A stretch of 64,000 nt of DNA from Mytilus californianus. Lineage: Eukaryota. Under the pieces are notes generated by a model, which did not search any database, was not told where the DNA came from, and was given only the letters and a program-made list of their open reading frames with translations. Where the stretch lies: positions 37,138,001-37,202,000 of the forward strand of contig NW_026262679.1 in assembly GCF_021869535.1 (NCBI RefSeq), read 5' to 3'. Made by a program: the position numbers and the translations under genes. This document shows positions 51,795-64,000 of this stretch, one piece after another; position 1 is the stretch's first letter; the number at the start of each line of letters is the position of its first letter.

Positions 51795-52520
51795 AGTAAA
51801 ACAACAAAAATACCGAACTCCAAGGAAAATTCAAAGCGGAGAGTCCCTTAACAATTGGCAAAATCTCTAACACATTAAACGAATGAAAAACAACTGTCAT
51901 ATTCCTGACTTGGTACAGGCATTTCCTTATGTAGAAATGGTGGATTAAACATGGTTTTAAAGCTGGCATAATCTCTCACTTGTATGACAGTCGCATAAAA
52001 TTCCATTATATTAACACCAATGTGAGAACAAAACAAACAGACATAATAGGTAAAAATGTCAAAAATAAGTTACAGCAGTCAACATTGTGTTATAATCTTA
52101 ATCACTATAAAAACAAACAAATATGTCAACAAAGAAAAACAAAATGGCATATAGACAAAGCACATACGCAAAAATTAAATAAAAGAATACAAAAAATTAT
52201 CATAGCACAATAACGCAATGGCGGGATGTATAAGTACCGAGCCTTGCCAAAATGATATTACCAAAAAAGGACCGAACCGTAAAGGTTAATAATTTACAAA
52301 AACAAATAAAAGAACACTATAACACGTAATTAAGATGATAAACAACGGCAGTACCTAGAATCTATACATCAAGACCATCATGTATTATGTGTGAAGTTGA
52401 TACGGAATATTTATTAACAAGGTCTTGGTATCTTCTGATGAACTTATTTAGAAAAAGGACGAGACGTTCTTGACATAACCCTGGTTCATCAACTTTCTCA
52501 GACAGCTCATTGACGTATAC
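51795..52520 (-). mobile_element. PLE family B: RT tail plus 3' region with a mutated twister (51896-51988)
   Basis: PGLCQERLVLFLNKFIRRYQDLVNKYSVSTSHIIHDGLDV*; twister GAGGT is mutated to GAGAT. Confidence 0.85.
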
Positions 52521-53700
52521 ACAACATCTCTTTTCATTTATGAAATTCCTGCAGACTTCTTTAATCACAAAAGAATGATACTGATGAATTTTTCCTTAAC
52601 GTGTCAAAATATCACATACGTAAAAGTTAATCTTTCTCTAAAAAGACTGTAAATAAGGCACTACAACTTTAGTTAACTTAGTTAACGTCATAACCATATC
52701 CAATCAATTTCATTCCTTTCAGTAAGATGGCATAAGTTAAATGTTTAAAGTTGTCTTATTTTGTTGCAAGTTTAAGATAGTCAGTAGGATAAAATGATAA
52801 TATAGGCCGTCAATGACCAAATATGGTATGTACACGGTCTGAATTTTGATTTATGGGGACTCCATTGCAATTGTTGTGCTCTGCCAATTATAAAATTTGT
52901 CAGTCAATTCACGTAAATGAAAATAACCAAAGAGTGACTGGTATTTTGATATTTTAATATGGTTACCGGGATCTATCCTGTATTGGAGAAAGACTGAGGT
53001 CAATGTTTGGATGTGCTTGAAGTAGGAATGAACATCCTAGTCCGGTTGCAAATGGGACAATAAATCCCATATCTCCAGTTGAAAGAGTGTTACGCTCTTC
53101 GCACTTGTAGAAACTGTTGGTTCATTGGACGGCCTGCTGTAAAGCTAATTTTAGACGGTATCCAACTTTCACTCTTTTCCCAGTTGCAGTCAAAATTTCC
53201 CGTCCAGCATTCCGTTGATCCTTTTAACAGTGCCAACTAATTTGATGTTTTCTAACTTAATATAAGAATAAGGTGATGTTGTATGATTATCCTATTTGTT
53301 CTCTTTTGTTATGGCGATGAAGAGTTTGGATTTTGTTTTATATCATTGTCAATAGTAAATACTAGTAGTCAATTATACAGACAGCAAAATCAAATACGAA
53401 GTTGTAAAGTTTCCGGCTAAGGCAATTTATATCTGGGGGTAGAACAATCTTAAATGTTGAATAATTCAACTTTTCATATACAGTAAATTAAAAAAAAAAG
53501 AATGATATTTCACATCAACATAAAAGACTACTATGATGTTGATACTCTAGGGGATTAAACGTCCACCAGCAGTGGCATCGACCCAGTGGTCGTAACATCT
53601 CATCAAAGATACCGGGCTTATATAGTACTGTATATTTTAAAATATTACATGCTCATATAAACATAATACTACTATAAAATTTATATACTGTAATATGAAA

Positions 53701-53925
53701 ATGTCTACATAGATATGATTTAATCCACCATTTTCTACAATGTCTACATAGATATGGTTCAATCCACCATTTTCTACATTTGAAAATGCCTGTACCAAGT
53801 CAGGAATATGACAGTTGTTGTCCATTCGTTTGATGTGTTTTGTCATTTGATTTTGCCATGTGATTAGGGACTTTCCGATTGAATTTTCCTCGGAGTTCAG
53901 TATTTTTGTGATTTTACTTTTTACT
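53701..53925 (+). mobile_element. 5'-truncated family B copy with a 39-bp duplication across its junction
   Basis: 53701-53739 is repeated at 53740-53778; keeps the twister from the cleavage site through P5. Confidence 0.8.
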
Positions 53926-56477
53926 TTTGTTAATACATTTTACTTTGTGTTTTGCAAAAAATGACATTTGTAGTGTTTATGGCATGGTGAACTACTATTC
54001 TATCAGTTCAGTTAGATTTTATAAGTCCCGTTGCCGTCAATAATTTAGGATTAATAAGAATGATGTATTGGTTTTTTTTTTGTTGCTTAACATAATCTGT
54101 TCTAAGAAAGAGTTAGAATATGGTGAGTGAAAATAAAACATAAGCTAAAGGAAAACAAATATCACCATGATTATAAAACAAATGAGGAGATGTGGGATGC
54201 TTATCCACCAGCGTTGAAATGAAGTGGTAATAACCAATTATAGAACAACGTACGGCCTTCAACAATGAGAAAACCCCATACCGTATAGTAGGCTATGAAA
54301 GGCCCCGACATAAAAAATGTGAAATAGTTCATGATATTACACAATAATATGAATCAAAGAAAATATATGATATAATAACCAAATGATTAATTGAAATCCT
54401 GTTGGATAATAAAGATTTTGATATGATCTATACACAAATATACCTAAAATATTATCAAACAAAGACAGGAATCTTTGAATTATACGCCAACGGAGGTGGT
54501 GATAAATAGTGATCGCAGTGTCTGTTTGTCCGTCCGCACTTTGTATCCAAATTTCTTCCTAAACTTTAAAGAAGTTTTCAATAAAAATTTCAAAAATTCT
54601 ATTTTGAATAATAACAATTTTTACAGCCTTTTTATATTTTGATTCAAATGGTGTTTTTGCTTTTTTGCTATATTTAAAAAGTGTAAGACCACCAATTTAC
54701 CCACTTCAATTTAGAACATATGTTAAAGTAGCCCATCTTTGACAAAAATAGTACTTTTTGATGTCATTGTTTAAATTAAACTAACAAACAAATTTTCAGA
54801 AATGAAACTTTTGGTGAAAGAGAAATATCTGTAGACCATTTTGAGCCAAACTTTACTTGTCCATCATTTTGCATTAAAAATTGAGGATTAATGCGCTCTA
54901 TAGTATACTTATTTAAGATTTCCAGAAAACCGGGGGTTATGTTTAGTAGCATTTAACCTCCAAACGGTGCAAGACTTTAAACATTGGTTGAAAATAGGCA
55001 TATAGAAAGGTGATGCATGTACAATTCTGAATATACCTGGTTTCTATGAAGTTAAACTTAAGGTAAAATATTTAGAAAGCTGTGAAAATTGAAAACAATT
55101 GGTTGATTATCTTGCGGTTTTGAATTGGTGGTTTGAAACTTTTGATTAAGGAGGATTGCCAATGAGACAACTATACACCAGAATCAAATGACATGGAAGT
55201 AAGCAATTATAGGTCACATACGGCTTCCAACAATGAGAAAAACCCATACGGTATAGTCAGCTATAAAAATTACGACGAGAAACATGTGAAACAATTCAAA
55301 CGAGAAAACTAACAGCTTAATCTATAACAATGTTTAGTTTACATTTGAAGAAACAGAATAAGTTTCAACGCGCGTCTGGCGTATACAATTGCAATCCTGG
55401 TATTTATGACCACGAATATTATAAAAAGCTAAAGAAAAATATCTGCGCTGTCCTACCTTCCTCACTTGGATATTCCCGATTGCGCATTGCTTTTTATGAT
55501 TTTAAAAGAAACCACTTTATATGACTATGCAATTGCAATTAAAGAACATTGAAGTGTAGAAATTAGAGACTTATTTGTTTTAGGAAATTATAGTTTTATG
55601 AGCAGATTTGCCAAAACTAAATGTCAAATATGATTGTCTAATTAGATACCAAATCAGCATAGACATTGAATAAATGATGCAGAAATTTCTATAAAATAAG
55701 ATAATTTAGCCTTGGAAATATTAATCATCTTTCCGTTTGATGTTGATCGGAAGAATGGTTTAAAATATGTGGTAAGGATTGTTAAAGGGTCTAATATTGT
55801 TACTTCAGTGGGAAAAACGGAAGTTCCTTGTCAACTTCTTATCGCTAAACCATACAGAAATCTTTCTGATCATACAATATAAATACAGCCTGCATCATGA
55901 TATTGATTTATTTTTTCTTTTATGTAAAATCCATCTACATGTTTAAAACAATAACATTTAGTTCTGATTTAACCTTGTTTACGCTTGTTAAGTTCAAACC
56001 TACAAAGTCATTGTAATATGGTTTTTTATTATGCTTGTTTTGTTTTCTCTATGATAATCGAATAAATATGAATTAAAAAAATCTATCAATATATGAAAAA
56101 CAGAACCTAGGCAATAAATTGACAATAGATGGTGTAGGATTTATGAGTATGATTAAAATCATATGGTGTGCCGTTTTTTTATCGTTCAGTTTGTGTCTAA
56201 TTTATATATTTTCTTTTCTGAAAAGGCAGAACAAAAACAGGATATGGATCGCAAACATTATTGGGACAGCAGCCCAACATACCAGTTCACTTAAAAAAGT
56301 GGCGGGGTTTTTAAAAAGAGGGGGAAGATACCAACGGGATAATCAAAACTCAGAAGTGAAAGAAAGACCGACAAAACCACAGCAAAAACGTAAACAAACA
56401 ATGAATTATAGACAAAACAACTGTCTACAAAACACTACCTCTAGTTTAACTAGTTTTCTGAGTACTCGATCCTTTCA

Positions 56478-56990
56478 GAACCTGTATGATGACCAATGAG
56501 GAACGGAGTTGATCATTTGATTCTATTAGAAACCAGTTGAAAACGGAACAACTTTCATGGCTGAAAGTCTGAAATAAGTACATCAAAGTCAGTCCAATAC
56601 CATCTTACAAAGTCTATCCGAATCATTTTGCAAACAATTTCGCTCAAACAGGTGCTTGGGGTCGTCTTTAACTTGCAGTGAGGTTAGAGGTTTATTTGCT
56701 TCGTGCTGATGGCCTCACTGACTTTGAGATGAAGAACGGCAATAAAACGTTGTTCCTTTGCTATGTGTGTGGTGCGTATTTTGCTGTGCATGTACTGTTT
56801 TTGTATCATGGATGGATACCCTATATTCTATGTGTTTCTATCACATGTCCAGGTACAAATAGACAAATATGGAAAAGAGAAAAGTCAAAATTCAATGAAA
56901 GCCAGACGAGTGAGACCGTGTCTCTCAACATATTTATGAAAAGTATCGTATTAATCAAAACAGTTTCATTTTATACATCAAAATAAGAGC
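56478..56990. other. Coding-like island, strand unresolved
   Basis: Plus frame: about 137 codons with 3 stops between CTTTCAG and CCAG/GTAC. Minus frame: about 77 codons with 1 stop (KHIEYRVSIHDTKTV...) after a strong pyrimidine tract, ending at T/GTAAGA. Confidence 0.3.
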
Positions 56991-58794
56991 TGAATACCTC
57001 TATCGTAACTAGCTATATATAGTGAATAATGAAATTGGTACTTTGATAAAAATAAAACCCCAAAAAATCAGTTATAATTTCTTCAGTCATGCATGACCAG
57101 GGAAGATGATTCCTTGGTCCTAAAATATCTAAATGCTGTCAAACAAATTTATGTGAGTATCCCAATTATGATGAAATTTACACTCGGGAACTCGTTGTTA
57201 TCACAAACAAAAACATTCTGATATCGAAGAATCACAAGTATTTTATAGAGAACTATTTTAGTTCTAAATTGTTTTAACAGCTTACACTTAATAGTCTACA
57301 CATGGTAACAAAGATCAATTTCAATGTTTTGTCGACTTCTAAAGTGTTGAATTTAATAAAAATCTATAAAATAAACAGTTCAAATGCTACCTAAGACAAA
57401 TTCTACTGCACAGAAGTACATTATTTGTCTTTATAAATTTATACTTACTTTATATAGATGTTTCATTAGAATTTCATTATTTTGATTGCCAAGAACAATC
57501 ACTCGGTGTTCTAATATGATGTTTTATTTCGCAATAAGACGCAACATCCATGACTGCACGCTCTCTCCATGACAATGTTACAACAATATGTAGGAATATT
57601 TAAAACAAAACAAAATAAAAGCTTTTTTATTAATCTTTCTACATAAAAATGTAATTATACGAAATGAATGCTTCTTTTTTGTAGCTTTATAAGGTTTTAA
57701 AAGTGTTACAGTGCACACATTTTAAGTATGAATCTGTGCTTCACACAAAATGTGGTTAATAACGCTTTTATATCGCAATAAAACTACAACAAAAAGCATT
57801 CATTTGTTATAAAACATCTATTTTTTTTAAACAAAAACGATACTTGAACTTGAATAACTAGAAATAATAATTGCACTAAAAGAAAAATCAAATGTAGTCA
57901 TACAGCCATCGTTAGCCATGTTTTTAGTTCCTATATCCTATTATAGTACTACCATCTTAATATATAACATCGATCAATATACTTCATATGTACATGAATT
58001 CATATAACAGTCTTACGATTTTCTGTTTTATGGAGATTTGATGGTTGGAGGGAAAATTATTATCTTATTTCCAATACTTGCTCAAAGCATGTAGTGGACA
58101 TTTATTGCTTTCTTTTGTCCTCAAAACTACCGTTTCTAAGATACATTTTCAAAAGATAGAATCACAAAACAACAGGTACTAATTAAACCATCTCAAAGAA
58201 GAAATCAGCGGAAAACACGTGTCTGTCTTTATTTTGCTCTAAGCTTGTTAGTTGACAAATGTAACTGAACAAAGTGATAATTTAATGTGAAACGATCGAT
58301 GAAATAAATACAAAGAAATAAACGGTAATGTGGACACCATCGTAATTCCTTCACAATAACATCAGGTGGCGAGCTAATATGTAACCAAGCTCTTAAAGAA
58401 TATATTCTTAAGAAGTGGAAGAAAAAATAAAAGTATGGGAAAATATGAAAGATATTATATATGTGTATCATATATAACTTTTTTTGCTGATTGCTACTTC
58501 ACGGGAAAGATAATTATTTTGCCTTTCATTTCTTTTATTTGTTGTTTATATACCGTTTTTTGGTTTAATGTGCAATAATTGAAGCAGATGTGTACGAGAC
58601 ATACCCGACAGTTAGAACAATCTTGAGGTCAAGGTATTTGGTTTTGAATGAGAAGATGTATTTCCAATGGAATATGTCTAACTTGAATGTAAAGTTGTAT
58701 AGTAAGACGTTTTGTCTTCTTTAACAACGATTTTTGTAATAGATCCCATGAATCTCTGCTTCTTTGGATTTCAATAGTAAACTAGGTATCACTA

Positions 58795-58838
58795 ACATCA
58801 CTGAAGAGACATTAATTGTCGAAATTCGGATATGGTGT
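58795..58838 (+). ncRNA. Minimal type-I hammerhead ribozyme 1
   Basis: ACATCA-CTGAAGA-GACA-TTAAT-TGTC-GAAA-T-TCGG-A-TA^-TGGTGT; predicted cut after 58832. Confidence 0.85.
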
Positions 58839-59233
58839 ATACAAATCTTTGCACCTCATGTTTGCGGTATACCATCTTTCCCGCAAGTTTATTGTTTTCT
58901 GTTTGGTATTAAATTAATTATTAAGATTCATTTTGTTACATCTGGTGATCCGTTTATTTGGCAATCGCCATGGCAGTCAGCAGGGTTTAAGAACATCTGT
59001 TGTTCGACCTGCTAGTCAAATGCGTTTTGTTAAAATTTACTTTTTCACTTTTTTGGTCTTTTGGAAAGTGTTGTTTGTGCTGTATTTAGACCCCTCTACC
59101 AAGAAATTTGTTTTGTATGCACACGTATACAAATTACGGTTTTTATCCAACGCAATCATAGGTTTGAACGTTGTTTTCAATTTAGACTTGTATAGTATAT
59201 ATATATGGCCTTCCAAATACCGTTTCGATTCCT

Positions 59234-59279
59234 TACATCACTGAAGAGACAATAATTGTCGAAATCCGGATATGGTGTA
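59234..59279 (+). ncRNA. Minimal type-I hammerhead ribozyme 2
   Basis: TACATCA-CTGAAGA-GACA-ATAAT-TGTC-GAAA-T-CCGG-A-TA^-TGGTGTA; palindromic ATCCGGAT stem-loop III; cut after 59272. Confidence 0.88.
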
Positions 59280-59744
59280 CTAATTTTTGCACTTTTTGTT
59301 TGCGGTATACCATCTTTTCCGCAAGTTTATTGTTTTCTGTTTGATATTTAATTAATATTTAAGATTCATTTTGTTACATCTGGTGATCCGTTTATTTGGC
59401 AATCGCCAAAGGCAGTCCGCAAGGTTTAAGAGCATCCGTTGTTCGACCTGCTAGTCAAATGCGTTTTGTTAAAATATACTTTTCACTTTTTTTTTGTCTT
59501 TTGGAAAATGTTGTTTGTGCTGTATTTAGACCCCTCTACCAAGAAATTTGTTTTGCATGCACACGTATAAAAATTACGGTTTTTATCCAACGCAATCATA
59601 GGTTTGAACGTTGTTTTCAATTTAGACTTGTTTATATTTTTTCGTTTGGGCTTGTATTATATTTTCTTTCGGGTTTATATGATCCGTTCATCCTACTAAA
59701 TTGAGGTAAATTATATGGCCTTCTAAATACCGTTTCGGTTCCTA

Positions 59745-59788
59745 ACATCACTGAAGAGACATTAATTGTCGAAATGTGGATATGGTGT
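59745..59788 (+). ncRNA. Minimal type-I hammerhead ribozyme 3
   Basis: ACATCA-CTGAAGA-GACA-TTAAT-TGTC-GAAA-T-GTGG-A-TA^-TGGTGT; cut after 59782. Confidence 0.85.
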
Positions 59789-60602
59789 ACTAATTTTTAC
59801 ACTTTTTGTTTGCGGTATACCATCTTTTCCGCAAGTTTATTGTTTTCTGTTTGGTATTAAATTAATAGCTAAGATCCATTTTGTTACATCTGGTGATCCG
59901 TTTATTTGACAATCGCCAATGGCAGTCAGCAGGGTTTAAGAACATCCGTTGTTCGACCTGCTAGTCAAATGCGATTTGTTAAAATATACATTTTCACTTT
60001 TTTTGGTCTTTTGGAAAATGTTGTTTGTGCTGTATTTAGACCCCATTACCAAGAAATTTGTTTTGCATGCACACGTATAAAAAGTTTTTATCCAACGCAA
60101 TCATAGGTTTGAACGTTGTTTTCAATTTAGACTTGTATATATATATGTTTATGTACTTTTGATCCCCGGTGTATCATTAAACAAGTAATCAGTACACTCG
60201 CATTAACACTTGCATATATATTTATACAAAATTTTAAATACAATAGAACTCAAAGAACAATTAATGAAAATTAAAAATATTCCACCTGCGTTTTCACAAT
60301 AAATTGTTTACAGTCCAGTGTACTTCTTTTGGGACTAATTATATTAAAAATATAGAAAAGGCTACCAAATCGAACTCAAATAATGGACAATATTATGTTT
60401 ATGGGGTCTTTAATCAAGTTTGACAGCTTCAGACATATTAATTTTTTACCCTTTTCAACAGGACCAAATCACTACTTTACCTTGGAATTCATGACCCATT
60501 TTTTGTACATGTCATTTTATTCTCCTACTCACTATTCATTATGTAAGAAATAATGTTGGTTGGTGTATGAAATATTTTGCAAGTTCTACATTTTCCCCTC
60601 AA

Positions 60603-60872
60603 GGGACCATATTTATGAAAGGACATGCTAACTGTGTTCTCGGATCACGACACTATCCTTTACCAATAAGCCAAATAAAAAAGAAAGACAAACAACAACT
60701 CATAAACCATGCATCAACTCGAATAATCCCGTTAAAAATTGATGAGTGTTCCATGTCATGCCCAAACCAATGGTTACATTTTTTGATTTTCCGTAAAGGA
60801 GAAAAGGATATTTTTCCCATTGCCTTTTCTCCTAACTTTTCTTATGTTATTGAGAGATATGGGCATTCATAA
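60603..60872 (+). CDS. Possible terminal exon of an unknown gene (GTIFMKGHANCVLGSRHYPLP...ERYGHS*)
   Basis: Longest clean open frame outside recognised repeats (ORF track 60567-60872); pyrimidine-rich acceptor TTTTCCCCTCAAG; no recognisable domain. Confidence 0.25.
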   Translation, partial: GTIFMKGHANCVLGSRHYPLPISQIKKKDKQQLINHASTRIIPLKIDECSMSCPNQWLHFLIFRKGEKDIFPIAFSPNFSYVIERYGHS

Positions 60873-61377
60873 TATAAATAAGAAACAAACGCAAAATTGT
60901 TGAAAGTTTCTACGATTGCCGTTTAATTTCTGTGAAATCTTTTACATTGTGAATATACATAGTCTAAATTAGAAATGATAAATATTTTTCAGTGAAGTGC
61001 CTGCAAAAAAAGTATCACAGACGAACGTTGCCTTTAAAACGAAGTGATACGAAAACTACAACAAGAAAAACCTAAAGCCAGTTCATATTTTGGTCAACCA
61101 ATTTTACTTGGACTTCACACGTAAATAGACAGAAGAGTAAATGTCTAAATCTGTTCAAAGCTAAGATTTATAATTACGGTTCATCAGATCTTTCACAAAA
61201 TATTGTTTGAAAACTGTAGTAGTAAAAGATAATTCGGAAACCGCATTTCTCCAGTTTTTTTACTCTTTCACCAAAATTGTCGATAGCTTTAGCGTAATAT
61301 TCACTGTGGTTTATTTGATAGATTTGATACAACAGTAGTTGAACGATGTTCAAATCTCTTAAATTCATTTAGAAGTA

Positions 61378-61745
61378 CAATAACAAAAATACAAAACTCC
61401 AAGGAAAATTCAAAACGGAAAGTCCTTTATCAAATGGCAAAATCAAAAGCTCAAACACATCAAACGAATGGAAAACAACTGTCATATTCCTGACTTGGTA
61501 CAGGCATTTCCTTATGAAGAGATGGTGGATTAAACCTTCTTTTATAGCTAGCTAAACCTCCCACTTGTATGACAGTCGCATATAATTCCATTATATTGAC
61601 AACAATGTGTGAGCAAAACAAACAGACAAAATAGGTAAAAATGTCAAAAATTGGGGTACAGCAGTCAACATTGTGTTACTATCTCAATTAATATAAAAAC
61701 AAACAACTATGTCAACAAAGAAAAACAAAATGGCATATAAACACT
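61378..61745 (-). mobile_element. PLE-derived family B repeat
   Basis: Colinear with 51795-52160. Confidence 0.85.
61481..61573 (-). ncRNA. Candidate type-P5 twister ribozyme, family B (all core positions intact)
   Basis: GTCATA-CAA-GTGG-GAGGT-TTAGCTAGCTATAAAAGAAGGTT-T^AA-TCC-AC-CAT...ATG-CCTG-TACCAAGT-CAGG-AA-TATGAC; predicted cut between 61532 and 61531. Confidence 0.72.
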
Positions 61746-61959
61746 CTATAAAAGACACCAATCGAGGTAAAATAAAAACTGAGGAAATCGCATAAGTCGA
61801 GACCGGGTGAATCAATAGGATAACAGTCTCCTACTTGACATACAGCCCCCTTACGAATTCAGTAACAATAATGTCACAATTAGGAATAGGACACAATCGG
61901 TAAGTGTATAGAACAGACTTCTATACTAGTATCTAAAGATCAAAGACCGCAAAAACGCG

Positions 61960-62260
61960 TAGTTAGTAGGTTAAGATACAGACACATCGTATCGGTCAAT
62001 CAATTCGTGATGGTGACTACAAGAATTATCCAGTGTCGATTTCAGTCGTTCTTACTCATAAATCTGTTGGAGCGGTTTTTGTGTCAAAGGCATACCATTT
62101 TAAATGAATTCCGTGAAGTATGAACATGCACGAGCGTAATGTTAGTAGACGGCATACGATTTGGCGGATGGTACGTTACTGGTGAGAAATGGGAAGTTGA
62201 CAATTGGAAGTTGAAATTATTACTTGGTCACAGATACCAGTTTGAATCCCGCCATATGTA
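61960..62260 (-). mobile_element. PLE RT C-terminal fragment
   Basis: IVNFPFLTSNVPSAKSY...YARACSYF...RLKSTL...HHELIDRY. Confidence 0.8.
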
Positions 62261-64000
62261 TAATATGCGTGTAGAACGATTGACATTATGGTTGGATTTT
62301 CATGATTTAGGTCCTTATTTTTTCACATCGTGTTACAGGGTCATCAAATAGAAACATACTGTACTAGGAACGTAAACTTGTTGTTTTGAATAGAAGTCAT
62401 ATTGTTTCATAAATGCCAACTTAACTATGATAATTTTTAGTAACACGATTGATCCACAAAGATGTCGTTTTAAAGACTTTTACTTAACCTGAACTCAAAA
62501 GAACATCCTTCGGGAAAACAATCTTTCAATGATACATTTTAAATCGATTGAACAAATGTTGATTGTAAATCCTTGTAAGAAATAAAAAAATATACACCAA
62601 GAAGTACATCATCAAGTTATTAAATTCAACTTAATGTTTGATGAAGAAGTCTTTTTATGTAATGGCAATGTTTTCATTGGCTTATTCTGTCAATATGTAT
62701 TCAAAAGACATTTGTTATAGATTGACGTGCTATATTCAACATGCAAGATGTTCAGAACCAACAAATATTACCAAAACTTCAATGTCAATAACAATATGAA
62801 AATAAAAGAGTTGTAATCAACCAAAGCAAAATAAAACCTGAAGGAGATTTGTATTTTATCTTTAGATGATGGTTTTATTGGTAATGTAATATTCTAACTA
62901 ACATAAAAAAAAAGTTGTAATTTTTGTTGACCGCAAAAGCTCAATTTATAAAAACAAGGAATTATACTTTATCGATTGTCATAGTCATAGTAATAGAAAA
63001 CGACAGTTATATAAAAAAACAATGTGTAATCTAGTTATAACTATGTTAGGTGTATGTTTCATTAAGTCTCGGCAATTTGATTGGCTTCAAAGCAACCATA
63101 TGATTTTAAATCTACTCTTTCCAATTCAACGTAACACATATGCCTACTTTTTGACCGAAACATATTTTGTATGAAGCGCGGAAGAACTCCATACTAAAAA
63201 TGTTCACACGTTTAAGATTTTTACATCCCTATGAAATTACAGAAAGAAGCACTTAATTGTTCTAAATATATTTGTATGCTACAGCCATGAAACTACACTT
63301 TAAATCAATCCTTTCGATTGTTTTTCCCTCCATTGTTTTAACGTTGTCACGGAGATCTCGTGCAGTCAAAGATGTTGCGTTTTAAAGGAAATACAATATA
63401 AGAACGTCTCGGCCAATTAAAAATAAGGAATCGTAAGAAACTTCTTCGCATGTAGTTATTCAAAGATAAAGTGCATGCATCCATGCCAATGTCTTTTAAA
63501 GCAACAGTGTTGATTCCGATGTAGGAATTTGTCAAAACAATAAACGAAAAATAAATAGGTGTTAGTTTATTGATATTTTTTTCTTATTTTATCTGCAAAG
63601 TGTGATTTTAATAATTGAATACATGTTTTTTAATAGGTAAAAATCATTGACTTGAATACAGGTGTGTTTGACCAAACGTATAAATCTAGCATTAAGCGCA
63701 TTTATTAATTATATAAATTATGTTCCTTCAAAGGGTTCATGATATCCAATTAAAAAGACAAAGAAATAAAGTAAAAGAATATACTGCTAACTAGTACTAT
63801 TCTTCACGGCAATGACTGATGTGGGATTATAAAAATATTAGAAATGAGGCATAGAATCATGAAACTGTTAGATTATAGTGCTAAAATGCCATGCACATTT
63901 TAGCCTTTCTTTTTGCAAAATTACTTTTAGAAATGCCTTTCTGTACAAAGCTTGAGCCTTTTATTATCTTACGATATGGCATGGGTTTTTAACATTGTTG

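Larger units (their letters stand above)
58792..60138 (+). mobile_element. Head-to-tail retrozyme-like trimer (440- and 510-bp periods)
   Basis: Three similar units, each opening with a minimal type-I hammerhead. Confidence 0.85.

Overview
AT-rich, intron- and repeat-dominated eukaryotic DNA with no intact long ORF. The repeat families resemble those I recall from mytilid bivalves such as Mytilus (inference, not a database hit). The window contains four main things. (1) At least ten decayed fragments of Penelope-like (PLE) reverse transcriptases whose ORFs end without a C-terminal GIY-YIG domain, plus many copies of their 3' regions (called families A-D here). (2) Self-cleaving RNA motifs: three distinct PLE 3'-region families each carry a type-P5-like twister ribozyme fold supported by cross-family covariation, and there are three kinds of minimal type-I hammerhead ribozyme, including a head-to-tail retrozyme-like trimer at 58.8-60.1 kb. 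(3) MITEs and non-autonomous DNA elements, Helentron-like HINEs, SINE-like copies, a 23-bp minisatellite and several local tandem duplications. (4) Decayed exon chains on the minus strand (4.3-10.6 kb, weakly VIT/VWA-like, with a tandemly duplicated exon; and 28.8-32.1 kb) plus other coding-like remnants. Most entries in the ORF track are chance ORFs or antisense readings of repeats. No rRNA, tRNA or CRISPR array was seen. All RNA folds were aligned by eye and none was computed.
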